From the NCBI GenBank assembly GCA_964426845.1, contig CAYRSA010000004.1, positions 61,845-125,844 on the forward strand: 64,000 bases of DNA, read 5' to 3'. The notes under the pieces are model-generated. The model was not told the origin of the DNA, made no database searches, and was given only the letters and a program-made list of their open reading frames with translations. The position numbers were made by a program, and so were the translations under genes. Position 1 is the first letter of the stretch; each line of letters begins with the position of its first letter. The DNA comes from an uncultured Candidatus Saccharibacteria bacterium (GTDB taxonomy: Bacteria; Patescibacteriota; Saccharimonadia; Saccharimonadales; JAGQNJ01). Positions 20,259 to 29,980 of this stretch are shown piece by piece.

Positions 20259-21551
20259 CTATACCTTCAATATCCTATCTATTCGTTCGCGAATTGAGCC
20301 GCTTGGTGCGTCAAGTTCTTGACTTAAAGTATCCAGACCAACGCGGAGAAGACCCATAGCGGTTATAAAGGTATGGTCGCTGACATCACCGGTTTTGTCA
20401 ACAATGCCCACCACTTGAGCCGGCTGGATGTGCTCGACCCGTGGCTTCTTGGTAAACGGTAAGCTGTGGTACCAATCGGTGGAATTTAATTCGTGCATTA
20501 GCATTTCCAAGCTAGAGCCACCGCCACACAGGAATAATTTCTGAGGCAAGTGGTCCAACTGGTCGAACTCGCTAAGAGCCAACTCAACTCCTTTTATCCA
20601 AACATTCAGGGTCTTGTCCAAAGCCCGCGTGACATCTTTATTCTGCTGAACCGGATGAGCCGGATCAGACAAGCCAGTTTTCAGAATCTCGGCTTTGTCG
20701 AAAGGAATGTCTAACTCACGTTCAATCGAGCGGGTGTAAGCCCGCCCACCAATACCAAACATCTTAGTACCCTGAACGCCGCCATCGTTAATCACGGCGA
20801 TATCGGTGGTGCCACCGCCCACATCCATCAAAATAGCGCTAATATTAGCGTTGCCGTCGTCGCCGATAACCGAGCGCGCCACCGCAAAAGGTTCGGCCGC
20901 CACGGCTAACAGATCAAGATCCAACTCCTGTGCGGCCCGTTCCAGGGCACCAATGTGAACCAGCGGGGCAAAAGCCGTGTACAGTTGTACAACCACGTCT
21001 TTCCCCTGAAAACCAAGGGGATTTGTAACTTTATATCCGTCGATTTCAATGCCCACCAAGGCCGAGTTAACCAGACGGATCTCGACTTCCTTTCCGCCCA
21101 GCTCCCAGGCAAGCTGACTGCGGGCTTTGGCTTCGGCTCGTTTCTGAACAACTTGAATAATCCGTTCAACTTCTGAGATATCTAGGGGTTTTTCGGCATC
21201 GGCTCGCTTGACTCTAACTGTGGTAGTAGTGCCCTTAACCAACTCGCCGGCGATGCCGATCACCACTGTTCGAGCGCTGATGCCTGCCTGTTCCTCGGCC
21301 TCAGCCAAAGCCTTGTCGCAATTAGCGACCACTCCTGATATATCGGCAATAGCCCCGGCTTGCATGTCGCCCAACCCCTGATGAGCCCGACCAACACCGA
21401 TTATCTCTGCCCCTTTAGGAGTCATTTTGGCAATTAACGCCTTAACGAACTCGGTTCCAATGTCCAGGGCCACAATATAGCGATCCGAACTAACTTTAGT
21501 CGATGTTCTATCTGTAGCGGCCTGTTTCAGCTTCTTTATTTTATCAAGCAT
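20259..21551 (-). CDS. ftsA: Actin-like ATPase, FtsA-like cell-division protein with a C-terminal amphipathic helix
   Basis: Phosphate-1 motif LDIGTEFVKAL, phosphate-2 DVGGGTTDIAV, adenosine motif CGGGSS. No ftsZ adjacent. Confidence 0.65.
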   Translation of the reverse strand: MLDKIKKLKQAATDRTSTKVSSDRYIVALDIGTEFVKALIAKMTPKGAEIIGVGRAHQGLGDMQAGAIADISGVVANCDKALAEAEEQAGISARTVVIGIAGELVKGTTTTVRVKRADAEKPLDISEVERIIQVVQKRAEAKARSQLAWELGGKEVEIRLVNSALVGIEIDGYKVTNPLGFQGKDVVVQLYTAFAPLVHIGALERAAQELDLDLLAVAAEPFAVARSVIGDDGNANISAILMDVGGGTTDIAVINDGGVQGTKMFGIGGRAYTRSIERELDIPFDKAEILKTGLSDPAHPVQQNKDVTRALDKTLNVWIKGVELALSEFDQLDHLPQKLFLCGGGSSLEMLMHELNSTDWYHSLPFTKKPRVEHIQPAQVVGIVDKTGDVSDHTFITAMGLLRVGLDTLSQELDAPSGSIRERIDRILKV

Positions 21552-21594
21552 AATCCTCAGGTAATTATACCATGAGCGTAAAGAGGTGGCCTAT

Positions 21595-23484
21595 CTATTG
21601 CAGGACAGCCTTAATCCGTCGGATTCCGGCACTCGATGACTCTTCTTTGAGAATCTTGAACTTTTTGCCGTCTTTTGCGAGTTGCAGGGTGTGATCAACA
21701 TGTGGGCCACCGCAGATCTCAAAGCTAAAGGGTTTATCAGCCCCGTCGGCGATCATCTCATAGACCTTAACGGTGTCTCCATACCTATCACCGAATTGGC
21801 CTAAGGCGCCCTTTTCTTCGCGCGCCACTTTGGTCGGATACTCTTTCCAACTAACCTTCAGGTCTTTGGTAATCTGGTCGTTAACGATTTTCTCGACTTC
21901 GTCTAGTTGCTCGCGGGTGACTTTTTCCGGATGGCTAAAGTCAAACCGCAGTCGTTCCTCAGTAATGTTTGAGCCGCGCTGGATGACATGGTCGCCCAAG
22001 ACATCGCGCAGAGCTTGGTACATCAGATGCGTAGCCGTATGGTACTTTTTGTGCTGCAGAGTCTGTCCGCCCAGCCCGCCTTTGAAAGTCCCTTTGGCGG
22101 CCGTTTGCGAACGCTCGCGCTGTTCCTTCATCTTGGCTTCGAATTCTTTTTGCCAATCCTTACTGACTGCTACGTCCTGCATAACGGCCTCTTCAACCGA
22201 TAGCTCAGCCGGAAAGCCATAGGTGTCATAAAGCATAAATACGTGTTCGCCAGTCAGTGTGCCTTGCTCGGCCAATTTCTGGAGCTCCTTCACGCCCTTG
22301 CGCAGGGTCTGTCGGAATACTTTTTCCTCACGAGTAAGCGTTTCTAGGATCTGGTCTTTATTCTTAGCCATCTCCGGAAAATCATCCTCATACAGGCCGA
22401 CAATCACCGGCACCACTTCTTGCAGGAAGTTTTGCTCGACACCCAGTTCAAAGGCAAAACGAATGGCTCGGCGCAGTAGCCGGCGCATGACATAACCCTG
22501 CTCTTTGTTGGATGGAGTCACGCCATCAACAGCTAACCAGGTCGCTCCGCGTAAGTGGTCGGCTATCACGCGCATTGAGTTAGTATTGGACTCATATTCT
22601 TTGCTACTGATGTCCTGCAACTTTTCAATTATTGGCCACAACAAGCTAATCTTGAAGACGTCGGGGTTGTCGATAGCGGCGGCGGCAATGCGCTCTAGGC
22701 CTCCCCCAAAATCAACGTTGGGTTTAGGTAATTCTTCAAAGCCGGACTCGGTCCGCTTGTACTGCATAAAGACTTGGTTGCCGATTTCAATGAAGCGACC
22801 GGAATCACTGGCTGGGTGTGGCTGGCCATAGCCCTCAGAGTGATTAGCCGGCCCAAAGTCGTAAAACACTTCGCTATCAGGTCCGCAGGGGTCGCCCATT
22901 GGTGTTCCATCGATACCACTACCTCGCGACCACCAGTTTTCGCCGTCGTCGTAAAAGAAGACCCTCTCGCCTGGTTTCATACCCCGCTTGTCACCGTCGG
23001 CCTGGCTACCGATTTCCGCAATCTTGGCCTCTATGCCTTTAGCCTCAAATAATTTCTGCCAAAGCTCAGCCGCTTCGTCGTCGCGGGGGATGCCGTGTTT
23101 CTTGTCGCCAATGAAGCACGTCACATACAATCGCTCCGGTTCAAGCCCGACAACCTCTGTCAAGAATTCAAAAAACCATGGGATTTGCTCTTTCTTAAAA
23201 TAATCTCCTAATGACCAATTTCCCAGCATCTCAAAAAAGGTAGTGTGTCTATTGTTGCCGACTTCGTCGATATCCTGAGCCCGAATGCATGTCTGGCTAT
23301 CCACCAATCGCACACCCTTGGGATGCGTCTCGCCCAACAAATATGGAATCAACGGCTGCATACCCGAGCCCGTGAACAGTGTGGTTGGGTCGTTTTGGGG
23401 AATTAAAAGGGCCCGCGGAATCACTTTGTGGCCACGGTCTTCAAAAAACTTCAAATAGGCGTTGCGAATTTCCTGGGCGTTCAT
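21595..23484 (-). CDS. alaS: Alanine--tRNA ligase, short form (catalytic, tRNA-recognition and editing domains; no C-Ala domain)
   Basis: N-terminus MNAQEIRNAYLKFFEDRGH... and editing-domain HxxxH/C motifs at the end. The start is taken at 23484 (the track ORF extends 12 codons further upstream). A TGTTATAAT extended -10 sits 7 nt before the ATG. Confidence 0.85.
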   Translation of the reverse strand: MNAQEIRNAYLKFFEDRGHKVIPRALLIPQNDPTTLFTGSGMQPLIPYLLGETHPKGVRLVDSQTCIRAQDIDEVGNNRHTTFFEMLGNWSLGDYFKKEQIPWFFEFLTEVVGLEPERLYVTCFIGDKKHGIPRDDEAAELWQKLFEAKGIEAKIAEIGSQADGDKRGMKPGERVFFYDDGENWWSRGSGIDGTPMGDPCGPDSEVFYDFGPANHSEGYGQPHPASDSGRFIEIGNQVFMQYKRTESGFEELPKPNVDFGGGLERIAAAAIDNPDVFKISLLWPIIEKLQDISSKEYESNTNSMRVIADHLRGATWLAVDGVTPSNKEQGYVMRRLLRRAIRFAFELGVEQNFLQEVVPVIVGLYEDDFPEMAKNKDQILETLTREEKVFRQTLRKGVKELQKLAEQGTLTGEHVFMLYDTYGFPAELSVEEAVMQDVAVSKDWQKEFEAKMKEQRERSQTAAKGTFKGGLGGQTLQHKKYHTATHLMYQALRDVLGDHVIQRGSNITEERLRFDFSHPEKVTREQLDEVEKIVNDQITKDLKVSWKEYPTKVAREEKGALGQFGDRYGDTVKVYEMIADGADKPFSFEICGGPHVDHTLQLAKDGKKFKILKEESSSAGIRRIKAVLQ

Positions 23485-23576
23485 TGCAAGAATTATAACA
23501 GAGGTAAGTTGGGCCGGCAACCCGGTTAATATTGACTAAGTGTTCGCGAAAGCGTAGGTTTTCTACGGAGACCCAT

Positions 23577-23915
23577 ATGATTGTAGAAACTTTTGGTGAG
23601 CGGACCGGAGTGGAGGTTCGAATGAACAATACTGAGGCGGTCATTTATGGCCAATCGGCTTTTCCAACCTTTTCTTTAACAGGATTACGCTTTCGCTGGC
23701 GTTCATTACAGGCATTTAACCAGCATCGGCCGGCTTTGGTAAGTACACATAGTTGGGAGGAATTTACACAAATCGCAGACAACCTAATTCGTACGGCCAC
23801 AGATGTTTATCCAGATCAAAGTTATGGAGCCAGAATTCTCACGGATATGGCTCACGCTGCCGGAAGCGTCGCGATAGAAGCCGATATTGCTCAACACAGC
23901 CAAACCGGCGCCTAA
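23577..23915 (+). CDS. Hypothetical protein, ~112 aa
   Basis: ORF only; the start is uncertain (track ORF begins at 23532). Confidence 0.3.
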   Translation: MIVETFGERTGVEVRMNNTEAVIYGQSAFPTFSLTGLRFRWRSLQAFNQHRPALVSTHSWEEFTQIADNLIRTATDVYPDQSYGARILTDMAHAAGSVAIEADIAQHSQTGA

Positions 23916-23936
23916 GCCTGGTTTAAATGATTAACC

Positions 23937-24983
23937 TTAAAGTATTCCGCCGCCTAAGACTAAATCACCTTGATAAATCACTGCCGATTGGCCAGGGGTG
24001 GCGGCTCTGATCTCGTCCTGTAACGCTACATCTAGCGTACCCTTGCCGGACGGCGCTATATCTAGCGTACCGTTGACCAGCGGCGCCCTATGCCTAGTAC
24101 GAATTTGAACTTTAGCGCCTTTTGCCGGCACGTCGTTTATCCAATGCACGTCCTTCAGTTCCAGCTCTTTGTACCACAGTCGTTTGTCGTCTAGGTTAGT
24201 GGTCACATAAACTTCATTCTTGTTCATATCTTTAGCGGTGACGTAATAAGGCATACCCCCGCCGACACCCAGACCCTGCCGCTGGCCGATGGTGTAGAAA
24301 ATCGCACCGTCGTGCTGGCCGACCACCTGGCCATTTTCATCAATAATGTCGCCGGGTTTGGTTTTCACATACTGGCTGAGGAATTCTTTGATGCCGACCT
24401 TGCCGACAAAGCAAATACCCATGCTTTCTTTTTTGCCAGCCGTGGCCAGGCCGAATTTTTTAGCCAGCTTGCGGACTTCCGGCTTGGTGTATTCGCCTAA
24501 TGGAAATAAAGTTTTCCGTAGAGCCTCTTCGGTCACTCTGTATAAAAAGTAAGTTTGGTCTTTATTGTCATCTTTAGCTTTCAGTAACTGGCCATCCTTG
24601 ACACGGGCGTAGTGCCCGGTAGCAATTAGGTCAGCGCCCTCTTCTAAGCAGGTCTCCAAGAATAGCTTAAACTTGACCTCTTGGTTGCACATGATATCCG
24701 GATTCGGTGTCCGGCCGGCCTTGTACTCAGCAATCATGTAGTCGACAACTTTGTGTTTATACTCTTTCTCGAAGTCAAAAACCTTGAAGTCGATGCCCAG
24801 CTGAACGGCTACCCGTTTAGCATCCTCGAAGTCCTCTTTCCAGGGACAAACAAAGCCGGGCAGGCTCTTAGTCCAATTCTTCATGTAGACTCCAACAACT
24901 TTATAGCCCTCGTCTTTAAGTAGAGCCGCCGTCACCGACGAATCAACCCCACCACTCATACCAACATAAACTGTTTTAGCCAT
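23937..24983 (-). CDS. mnmA: tRNA-specific 2-thiouridylase MnmA
   Basis: PP-loop SGGVDSS near the N-terminus and the MnmA catalytic Cys residues. Confidence 0.9.
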   Translation of the reverse strand: MAKTVYVGMSGGVDSSVTAALLKDEGYKVVGVYMKNWTKSLPGFVCPWKEDFEDAKRVAVQLGIDFKVFDFEKEYKHKVVDYMIAEYKAGRTPNPDIMCNQEVKFKLFLETCLEEGADLIATGHYARVKDGQLLKAKDDNKDQTYFLYRVTEEALRKTLFPLGEYTKPEVRKLAKKFGLATAGKKESMGICFVGKVGIKEFLSQYVKTKPGDIIDENGQVVGQHDGAIFYTIGQRQGLGVGGGMPYYVTAKDMNKNEVYVTTNLDDKRLWYKELELKDVHWINDVPAKGAKVQIRTRHRAPLVNGTLDIAPSGKGTLDVALQDEIRAATPGQSAVIYQGDLVLGGGIL

Positions 24984-26136
24984 TTATTAACTCTCTGAGG
25001 ATTTTAGCAGTTTGGCTGAGCTGAGCCCGGGTGGTCTGACGACCCATAGTAAACCGCAGAGTCGCCCGCGCCTGTTTATCTGACAAGCCAATGGCTTTCA
25101 GAACCTGCGACGACTCATCCTTGCTAGCGCTACAAGCCGAGCCGACCGTGCACATGATCCCCGCGATGTCCAGTTGCATCATTAAACGTTCATTATCTGT
25201 GGCTGGGAAAGTGATACTGACGTTGTTAGGCAGGCGTTTCTTCAGCGACCCATTGATCACCGCCGCCGGAATGGCCTCGGTTATTTGCTTAATAAAATCG
25301 TCGCGCAGCTGAGTTAGTCTTTTTACCTCCGTGGTCCGCATTTTCTGAGCAAGGTCTAGAGCTTTAGCAAAACCAATCGCTCCGGCTACATTCTCGGTAC
25401 CAGACCGCAGACCGCGCTCTTGGCCGCCGCCCAAAATTTGAGCATTCAAAGACGTCCCGGTGCGAACATATAAAACGCCGGTTTGTTTCGGCCCGTAAAT
25501 TTTACCGCCGTTTAGGGTCATCAGATCAACGCCTAGGCGGGCAGTATGTATATCCAGGTAGTTACCAGCTTGGCAGGCATCGGTGTGGAAGAACAAGGGC
25601 TGGTCATTATTATCAGCCCTTCTCTGTAGTTTAACTTTTTGCAATAATGTCGCTATTTCTCGCAGTGGCTGGATGGTACCAATCTCATTGTTGGCGTACA
25701 TGATACTGACCAGCACGGTTTTGTCATCGATTAACTTCTCTAAAGCTGCCACATCTACCAGCCCGTCGTTAGTAACTGGCACCTCTCGCACATCATGCTG
25801 AGAGGCTGGCTCCCTAATAGACTCATGCTCGATCGCACTAATAACTACATTACAGCCAGGAAACTGGCTCATAACTCCGGCGATTGCCAGATTATTAGCC
25901 TCCGTGCCACCAGCCGTAAAGATAACTTCCGGCGGTTTGGCTCCCAGCCAATGAGCCACTGTCTGACGAGCAGCCAAAAGATCGGCCGCCACCGACTTAG
26001 CTCTAAGATAACCAGCCGAGGGGTTAAAGAACTGCTCAGTAAGATAAGGTTGCATAGCTGCCACCACAGCCGGGTCAACCGGAGTAGCCGCAGCGTAATC
26101 TAGATAAATTGGAGGGTTCTGGCTCATAAGGGACAA
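24976..26136 (-). CDS. Cysteine desulfurase (NifS/IscS family, class V aminotransferase)
   Basis: PLP-fold motifs. Adjacent to mnmA, so a plausible sulfur donor for it. Confidence 0.85.
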   Translation of the reverse strand: MSLMSQNPPIYLDYAAATPVDPAVVAAMQPYLTEQFFNPSAGYLRAKSVAADLLAARQTVAHWLGAKPPEVIFTAGGTEANNLAIAGVMSQFPGCNVVISAIEHESIREPASQHDVREVPVTNDGLVDVAALEKLIDDKTVLVSIMYANNEIGTIQPLREIATLLQKVKLQRRADNNDQPLFFHTDACQAGNYLDIHTARLGVDLMTLNGGKIYGPKQTGVLYVRTGTSLNAQILGGGQERGLRSGTENVAGAIGFAKALDLAQKMRTTEVKRLTQLRDDFIKQITEAIPAAVINGSLKKRLPNNVSITFPATDNERLMMQLDIAGIMCTVGSACSASKDESSQVLKAIGLSDKQARATLRFTMGRQTTRAQLSQTAKILRELING

Positions 26137-26138
26137 TT

Positions 26139-26906
26139 CTAAATATTAAACAAGGTCTCGGCATTCTTGGTGGTCGCGGTCGCTATTTCGGCTAATGATT
26201 CACCGCGCAGCTTTGCCAAGAATTCGGCTGTCACCCGCACGTATTTAGGCTCGCAAACTTTACCACGAAATGGAACAGGGGTCAAGAAGGGAGCATCGGT
26301 CTCCAGTAGTAGTCGTGATAAGGGTACAGCTCTGGCCATTTCCAACTGCCTGGCCTCTTTAGTGAAAGTCATTATGCCGTTTAAGCCAATATAAAGCCCT
26401 CTACGCAATATTTCGTTCATTTCGTCCAATGTACCGGTGAAACTGTGTACGACGCCTCTAACCCCCTCAAAATCGTCGAGAATTGCGAAAAAGTCGCTGA
26501 AAGCCTCACGGACATGAAAAATCATCGGCAAGCCGAATTCTTGGGCCAGATTCAGCTGAAAGCGCAGTAATTTCTTCTGATCCTCCCGAGGAGAGTTGTC
26601 GTAGTAGTAGTCTAGCCCTGTTTCCCCTATAGCCACGACCTTAGGTTTACCGGCCAAATCACGAAACTCCTGCAAGGCCTTGTCGTCATTAACATATTCG
26701 GCGCCCTCGTGAGGATGCAAGCCAATTGTCGCCCAAACATTATCCTGCCGAGCCGCCATGTCAATGGCCAATTTGCTATCGGTAAGGGTGCAACCTACAC
26801 ACAAGACTTTAGTAACGTCGTCTTTAGCCGCAGCCTCTAACACCTCCTCAGGATCTAATTCATAATCTGGAAAGTGCACATGGGCGTGAGTGTCAATGAA
26901 CTGCAC
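26139..26906 (-). CDS. tatD: TatD family metal-dependent DNase/hydrolase
   Basis: HAHVH metal-binding start plus conserved TatD Glu/His/Asp residues. Confidence 0.85.
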   Translation of the reverse strand: MQFIDTHAHVHFPDYELDPEEVLEAAAKDDVTKVLCVGCTLTDSKLAIDMAARQDNVWATIGLHPHEGAEYVNDDKALQEFRDLAGKPKVVAIGETGLDYYYDNSPREDQKKLLRFQLNLAQEFGLPMIFHVREAFSDFFAILDDFEGVRGVVHSFTGTLDEMNEILRRGLYIGLNGIMTFTKEARQLEMARAVPLSRLLLETDAPFLTPVPFRGKVCEPKYVRVTAEFLAKLRGESLAEIATATTKNAETLFNI

Positions 26907-26911
26907 AGCGG

Positions 26912-28381
26912 CTACCCAGCTTTATTAGCGGTAGGCGGTTTAGCGACAGTTTCAGCCTTGGGGAACAGAGTAGTTTTAGGAGCCCTAATGACACCTTCTT
27001 GGAAAATGTGCCGGATTTTGACGGCCGTTTCCGGCATGAAAGGCTCCAACAGGTCGGCAATCTGCAGCAGACAGCCAACCTGGTAAGCCAGCACCTCTTG
27101 CAAGTGGCCGTCTTTGTCATCCTTAGCCAAGACCCAGGGCTTTTGTTCCTCGATATACTGGTTTAGGCCACGGACTTGCTCCCAGACTTCGTCTAGAGCC
27201 CGGTCGAACTTGCAATCGGCCAGGGCAGTTTTGTACTGACCAGTGTCATGGCCAGGCTCGGGGATATCACCTATAAGGCCATTTTCGTACTGAACAATCA
27301 TGGCCATGGTCCGCTGGACGGCGTTGCCCAGTTCGTTGGCTAGCTCGTTATTGTAGGCTGACTCCAGCTTTTTCCAGCTAAAATTGCCATCGTCGTAGGC
27401 CGGAATATGGCGCAGAAAGAAATAGCGGAAGGTATCAACACCGTATTTGTCGATAACTTCTTTGGGAGCCACCACGTTGCCTAGGGTTTTGCTCATCTTG
27501 CGGCCATCTTCAGCATTGATAAAGCCGTGCACGAAGAGCATTTTAGGCAGAGGTAAGCCCAGCCCAATTAACATCCCGGGCCAAATTGCCGCATGGAAGC
27601 GCAGAATATCCTTGCCGATGACCTGGACATTGGCTGGCCAGAAGCTCTTGAAATCGGCGTGCTCCGGGTAGCCCAGGACCGTAATGTAGTTCATCAGAGC
27701 CTCAAACCAGACGTACATAACCTGGGTTTTGTCGCCCGGCACTGGAATACCCCAGCCAATCTTGTCCTTGGGTCGGGAAATGCTGATGTCTTCCAAGCCT
27801 TCAGTGAAAACACTCAAGATCTCTGCCTTGCGGCTAGCCGGCACAATTCGGAAGCTACCATCGTCGATAGCTTTCTTAATCTGATCAGAAAAAGCCGTTA
27901 ATTTGAAGAAGTAGTTCTCTTCTTTGATCTTTTCGTACTTTCGATTGTGATTAGGACAAACACCCTTGTTAGCTTTGACAACTTGCTCGGTGAAAAAGGC
28001 CTCATCGCCGGTGCAATACCAACCCTCATAGCTACCTTTGTAGATATATTTCTCGAGGTTTTTCCAAATAATCTGAGCCCGTTGCTCATGTCCGGCGTCA
28101 GTGGTTCGTATAAAACGGTCATTGCTAACATTAAGCAACTTGGCTAGATCCCGGTACTGCTGGCTTATGCCATCGACAAAAGCCTGGGGTTGTAGTTTTT
28201 GCTCGGCAGCTTTTTCAGCCATTTTGCCGCCGTGCTCATCGGTGCCAGTACTAAACAGTGTAGTCATCTTCTGTTGCCGAGCAAACCGAGCCAGAACGTC
28301 GGCCTGCAATAGTTCCATAGCAAAGCCAATGTGCGGGGCGGCGTTGGTATAGACAATCGAAGTAGTTACAAAATAATTCAT
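26912..28381 (-). CDS. metG: Methionine--tRNA ligase, short form
   Basis: HIGH-like (PHIGFAM) and KMSKT (KMSKTLGN) class I motifs; 489 aa. Confidence 0.9.
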   Translation of the reverse strand: MNYFVTTSIVYTNAAPHIGFAMELLQADVLARFARQQKMTTLFSTGTDEHGGKMAEKAAEQKLQPQAFVDGISQQYRDLAKLLNVSNDRFIRTTDAGHEQRAQIIWKNLEKYIYKGSYEGWYCTGDEAFFTEQVVKANKGVCPNHNRKYEKIKEENYFFKLTAFSDQIKKAIDDGSFRIVPASRKAEILSVFTEGLEDISISRPKDKIGWGIPVPGDKTQVMYVWFEALMNYITVLGYPEHADFKSFWPANVQVIGKDILRFHAAIWPGMLIGLGLPLPKMLFVHGFINAEDGRKMSKTLGNVVAPKEVIDKYGVDTFRYFFLRHIPAYDDGNFSWKKLESAYNNELANELGNAVQRTMAMIVQYENGLIGDIPEPGHDTGQYKTALADCKFDRALDEVWEQVRGLNQYIEEQKPWVLAKDDKDGHLQEVLAYQVGCLLQIADLLEPFMPETAVKIRHIFQEGVIRAPKTTLFPKAETVAKPPTANKAG

Positions 28382-28448
28382 CTCTGTTGATTATAGCGAA
28401 CTTCCCTAGAACAACGAAACTTGTTCCGGAATTTCCAGCCCGACGAGT

Positions 28449-29162
28449 TTATATACCCAAGGCTTCTTTGGCTACTGGATCACCGTACTCGCTCAAGTAC
28501 TCTACGACATTGCTTCGTTGGACGCCATTGATAGCGCCGACTTCCGAGAGAGTTAGAACCATATTCGACAACGATAGCATTGGCACAATTTCAATACCAG
28601 TAGCTTCCTGAACTTCGCCAGCTCCACCCTCTTCTCTATCCAAAACAACGAAGTAATCTAGGACTCTCAAGCCCACACCTCGTAAGCCGTTGATTAAATC
28701 TATTTTTGATTTGCCATCAGTAACCACATCATCGACAGCAGCCAAATTATCGCCTACATTCCACTCGCCAAGTACGGGTGTTTTGTTGCCCGAAATCTTC
28801 ACTAAGTCTACTCTCGGCTGTACCAAAGGTACACCAATAGCTCTGGAAATGTCTGGGATATATGAAGTCATGGCTTCTGGTGTTCCGGCAACCCGCGCAT
28901 ACGCTTCATGTGCGTAGTCGAAACCACTAGCCGGCACTCGCGCATGCGCCAAATCCTCCATCATATCTCCCAACATCTCACGGAATGGTTCGAAGGAGAT
29001 GCCTTTTCGCATATCGAGATAATGCGGTGATCTTCGTTCACTCTTTAAAGTAATGTAATCTGCTTCGTCTTCAACGATACCAAAGTATCCTCTTTCGTGA
29101 AGCTGCATGGTCAACTCAAGTTGCTGGCCTTCGCTCAGCAGTAGTTCTCTTCCTTGTGACAT
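28449..29162 (-). CDS. pyrE: Orotate phosphoribosyltransferase-like (type I PRTase)
   Basis: PRPP-binding motif VDDVVTDGKS. Adjacent to pyrF. Confidence 0.65.
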   Translation of the reverse strand: MSQGRELLLSEGQQLELTMQLHERGYFGIVEDEADYITLKSERRSPHYLDMRKGISFEPFREMLGDMMEDLAHARVPASGFDYAHEAYARVAGTPEAMTSYIPDISRAIGVPLVQPRVDLVKISGNKTPVLGEWNVGDNLAAVDDVVTDGKSKIDLINGLRGVGLRVLDYFVVLDREEGGAGEVQEATGIEIVPMLSLSNMVLTLSEVGAINGVQRSNVVEYLSEYGDPVAKEALGI

Positions 29163-29176
29163 GGATTTTTTCCTTG

Positions 29177-29902
29177 TTAGTTTAGTGCCAGTAATTTTTG
29201 GCCAAGCTCGGTAGCTGCGGCTCTAGGGTCTTCAGCTTTGTAAATACCCCCTCCCACGATAGCGTTGAAACGCTGACCAGCAATTTGTCCCGTTTCAGTG
29301 ATATCGCCGCCTTGATCGACAAATCCAGGCGCCCATAAATCAAACTCGCCTTCGCCCAGTTCTTCGTCCAGCAAAGACTTTAACTTAACTAATTCATCAA
29401 CTTTATTTCCTGGGACAACAAAATTACGCACGCCTAACCCAAGGGCTGTGTGAAATATTCTAGGAAAAGCCATGTCGTCTATATATCCACCTTCGGATAC
29501 TGCTTGTTGTTCATGAGTCATTCTTCCTCCGACAATCACTCCGATATCACGATCTTGAAGAGCTTTGACCCAACTATCTACAACTACAGGCCCATTGAAA
29601 GGAAAGACAATTGCAGCATCTACCCCTGCGTTTTCCATTGTCCGTGCAAAATTCATGCCTGTGGCCGGGATATCATTGCCTGCTTTTTGATGGTCGTATA
29701 CAACTACCAGGTCTTCATCAACCTGCCTAGTGAGCTCAACAGCTTGAGGTAGACCAAGCCCTAGGCCAACTTCGAAACCAAGTTTTACTCCGTCAAGTCC
29801 TTCTATTCCCGATAGTTGAGTGATTAGCCCTTCATATTCATGAGGCTGCACATCGGCAGCTAGAAATAGACCTTTGTCGGCTTCTACGATTCGTTCTGAC
29901 AT
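29177..29902 (-). CDS. pyrF: Orotidine 5'-phosphate decarboxylase
   Basis: D-x-K-x-x-D-I-x-x-T motif (DHQKAGNDIPAT). The start is placed at the second ATG (29902), which has a GGAGGG SD 4 nt upstream. Confidence 0.7.
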   Translation of the reverse strand: MSERIVEADKGLFLAADVQPHEYEGLITQLSGIEGLDGVKLGFEVGLGLGLPQAVELTRQVDEDLVVVYDHQKAGNDIPATGMNFARTMENAGVDAAIVFPFNGPVVVDSWVKALQDRDIGVIVGGRMTHEQQAVSEGGYIDDMAFPRIFHTALGLGVRNFVVPGNKVDELVKLKSLLDEELGEGEFDLWAPGFVDQGGDITETGQIAGQRFNAIVGGGIYKAEDPRAAATELGQKLLALN

Positions 29903-29980
29903 ACTACCCTCCGTACCACCCATTAAGTTTTACTTATAATACGCTTGATTTGACATTAGCACCAAGACTGTAATGTTGTG

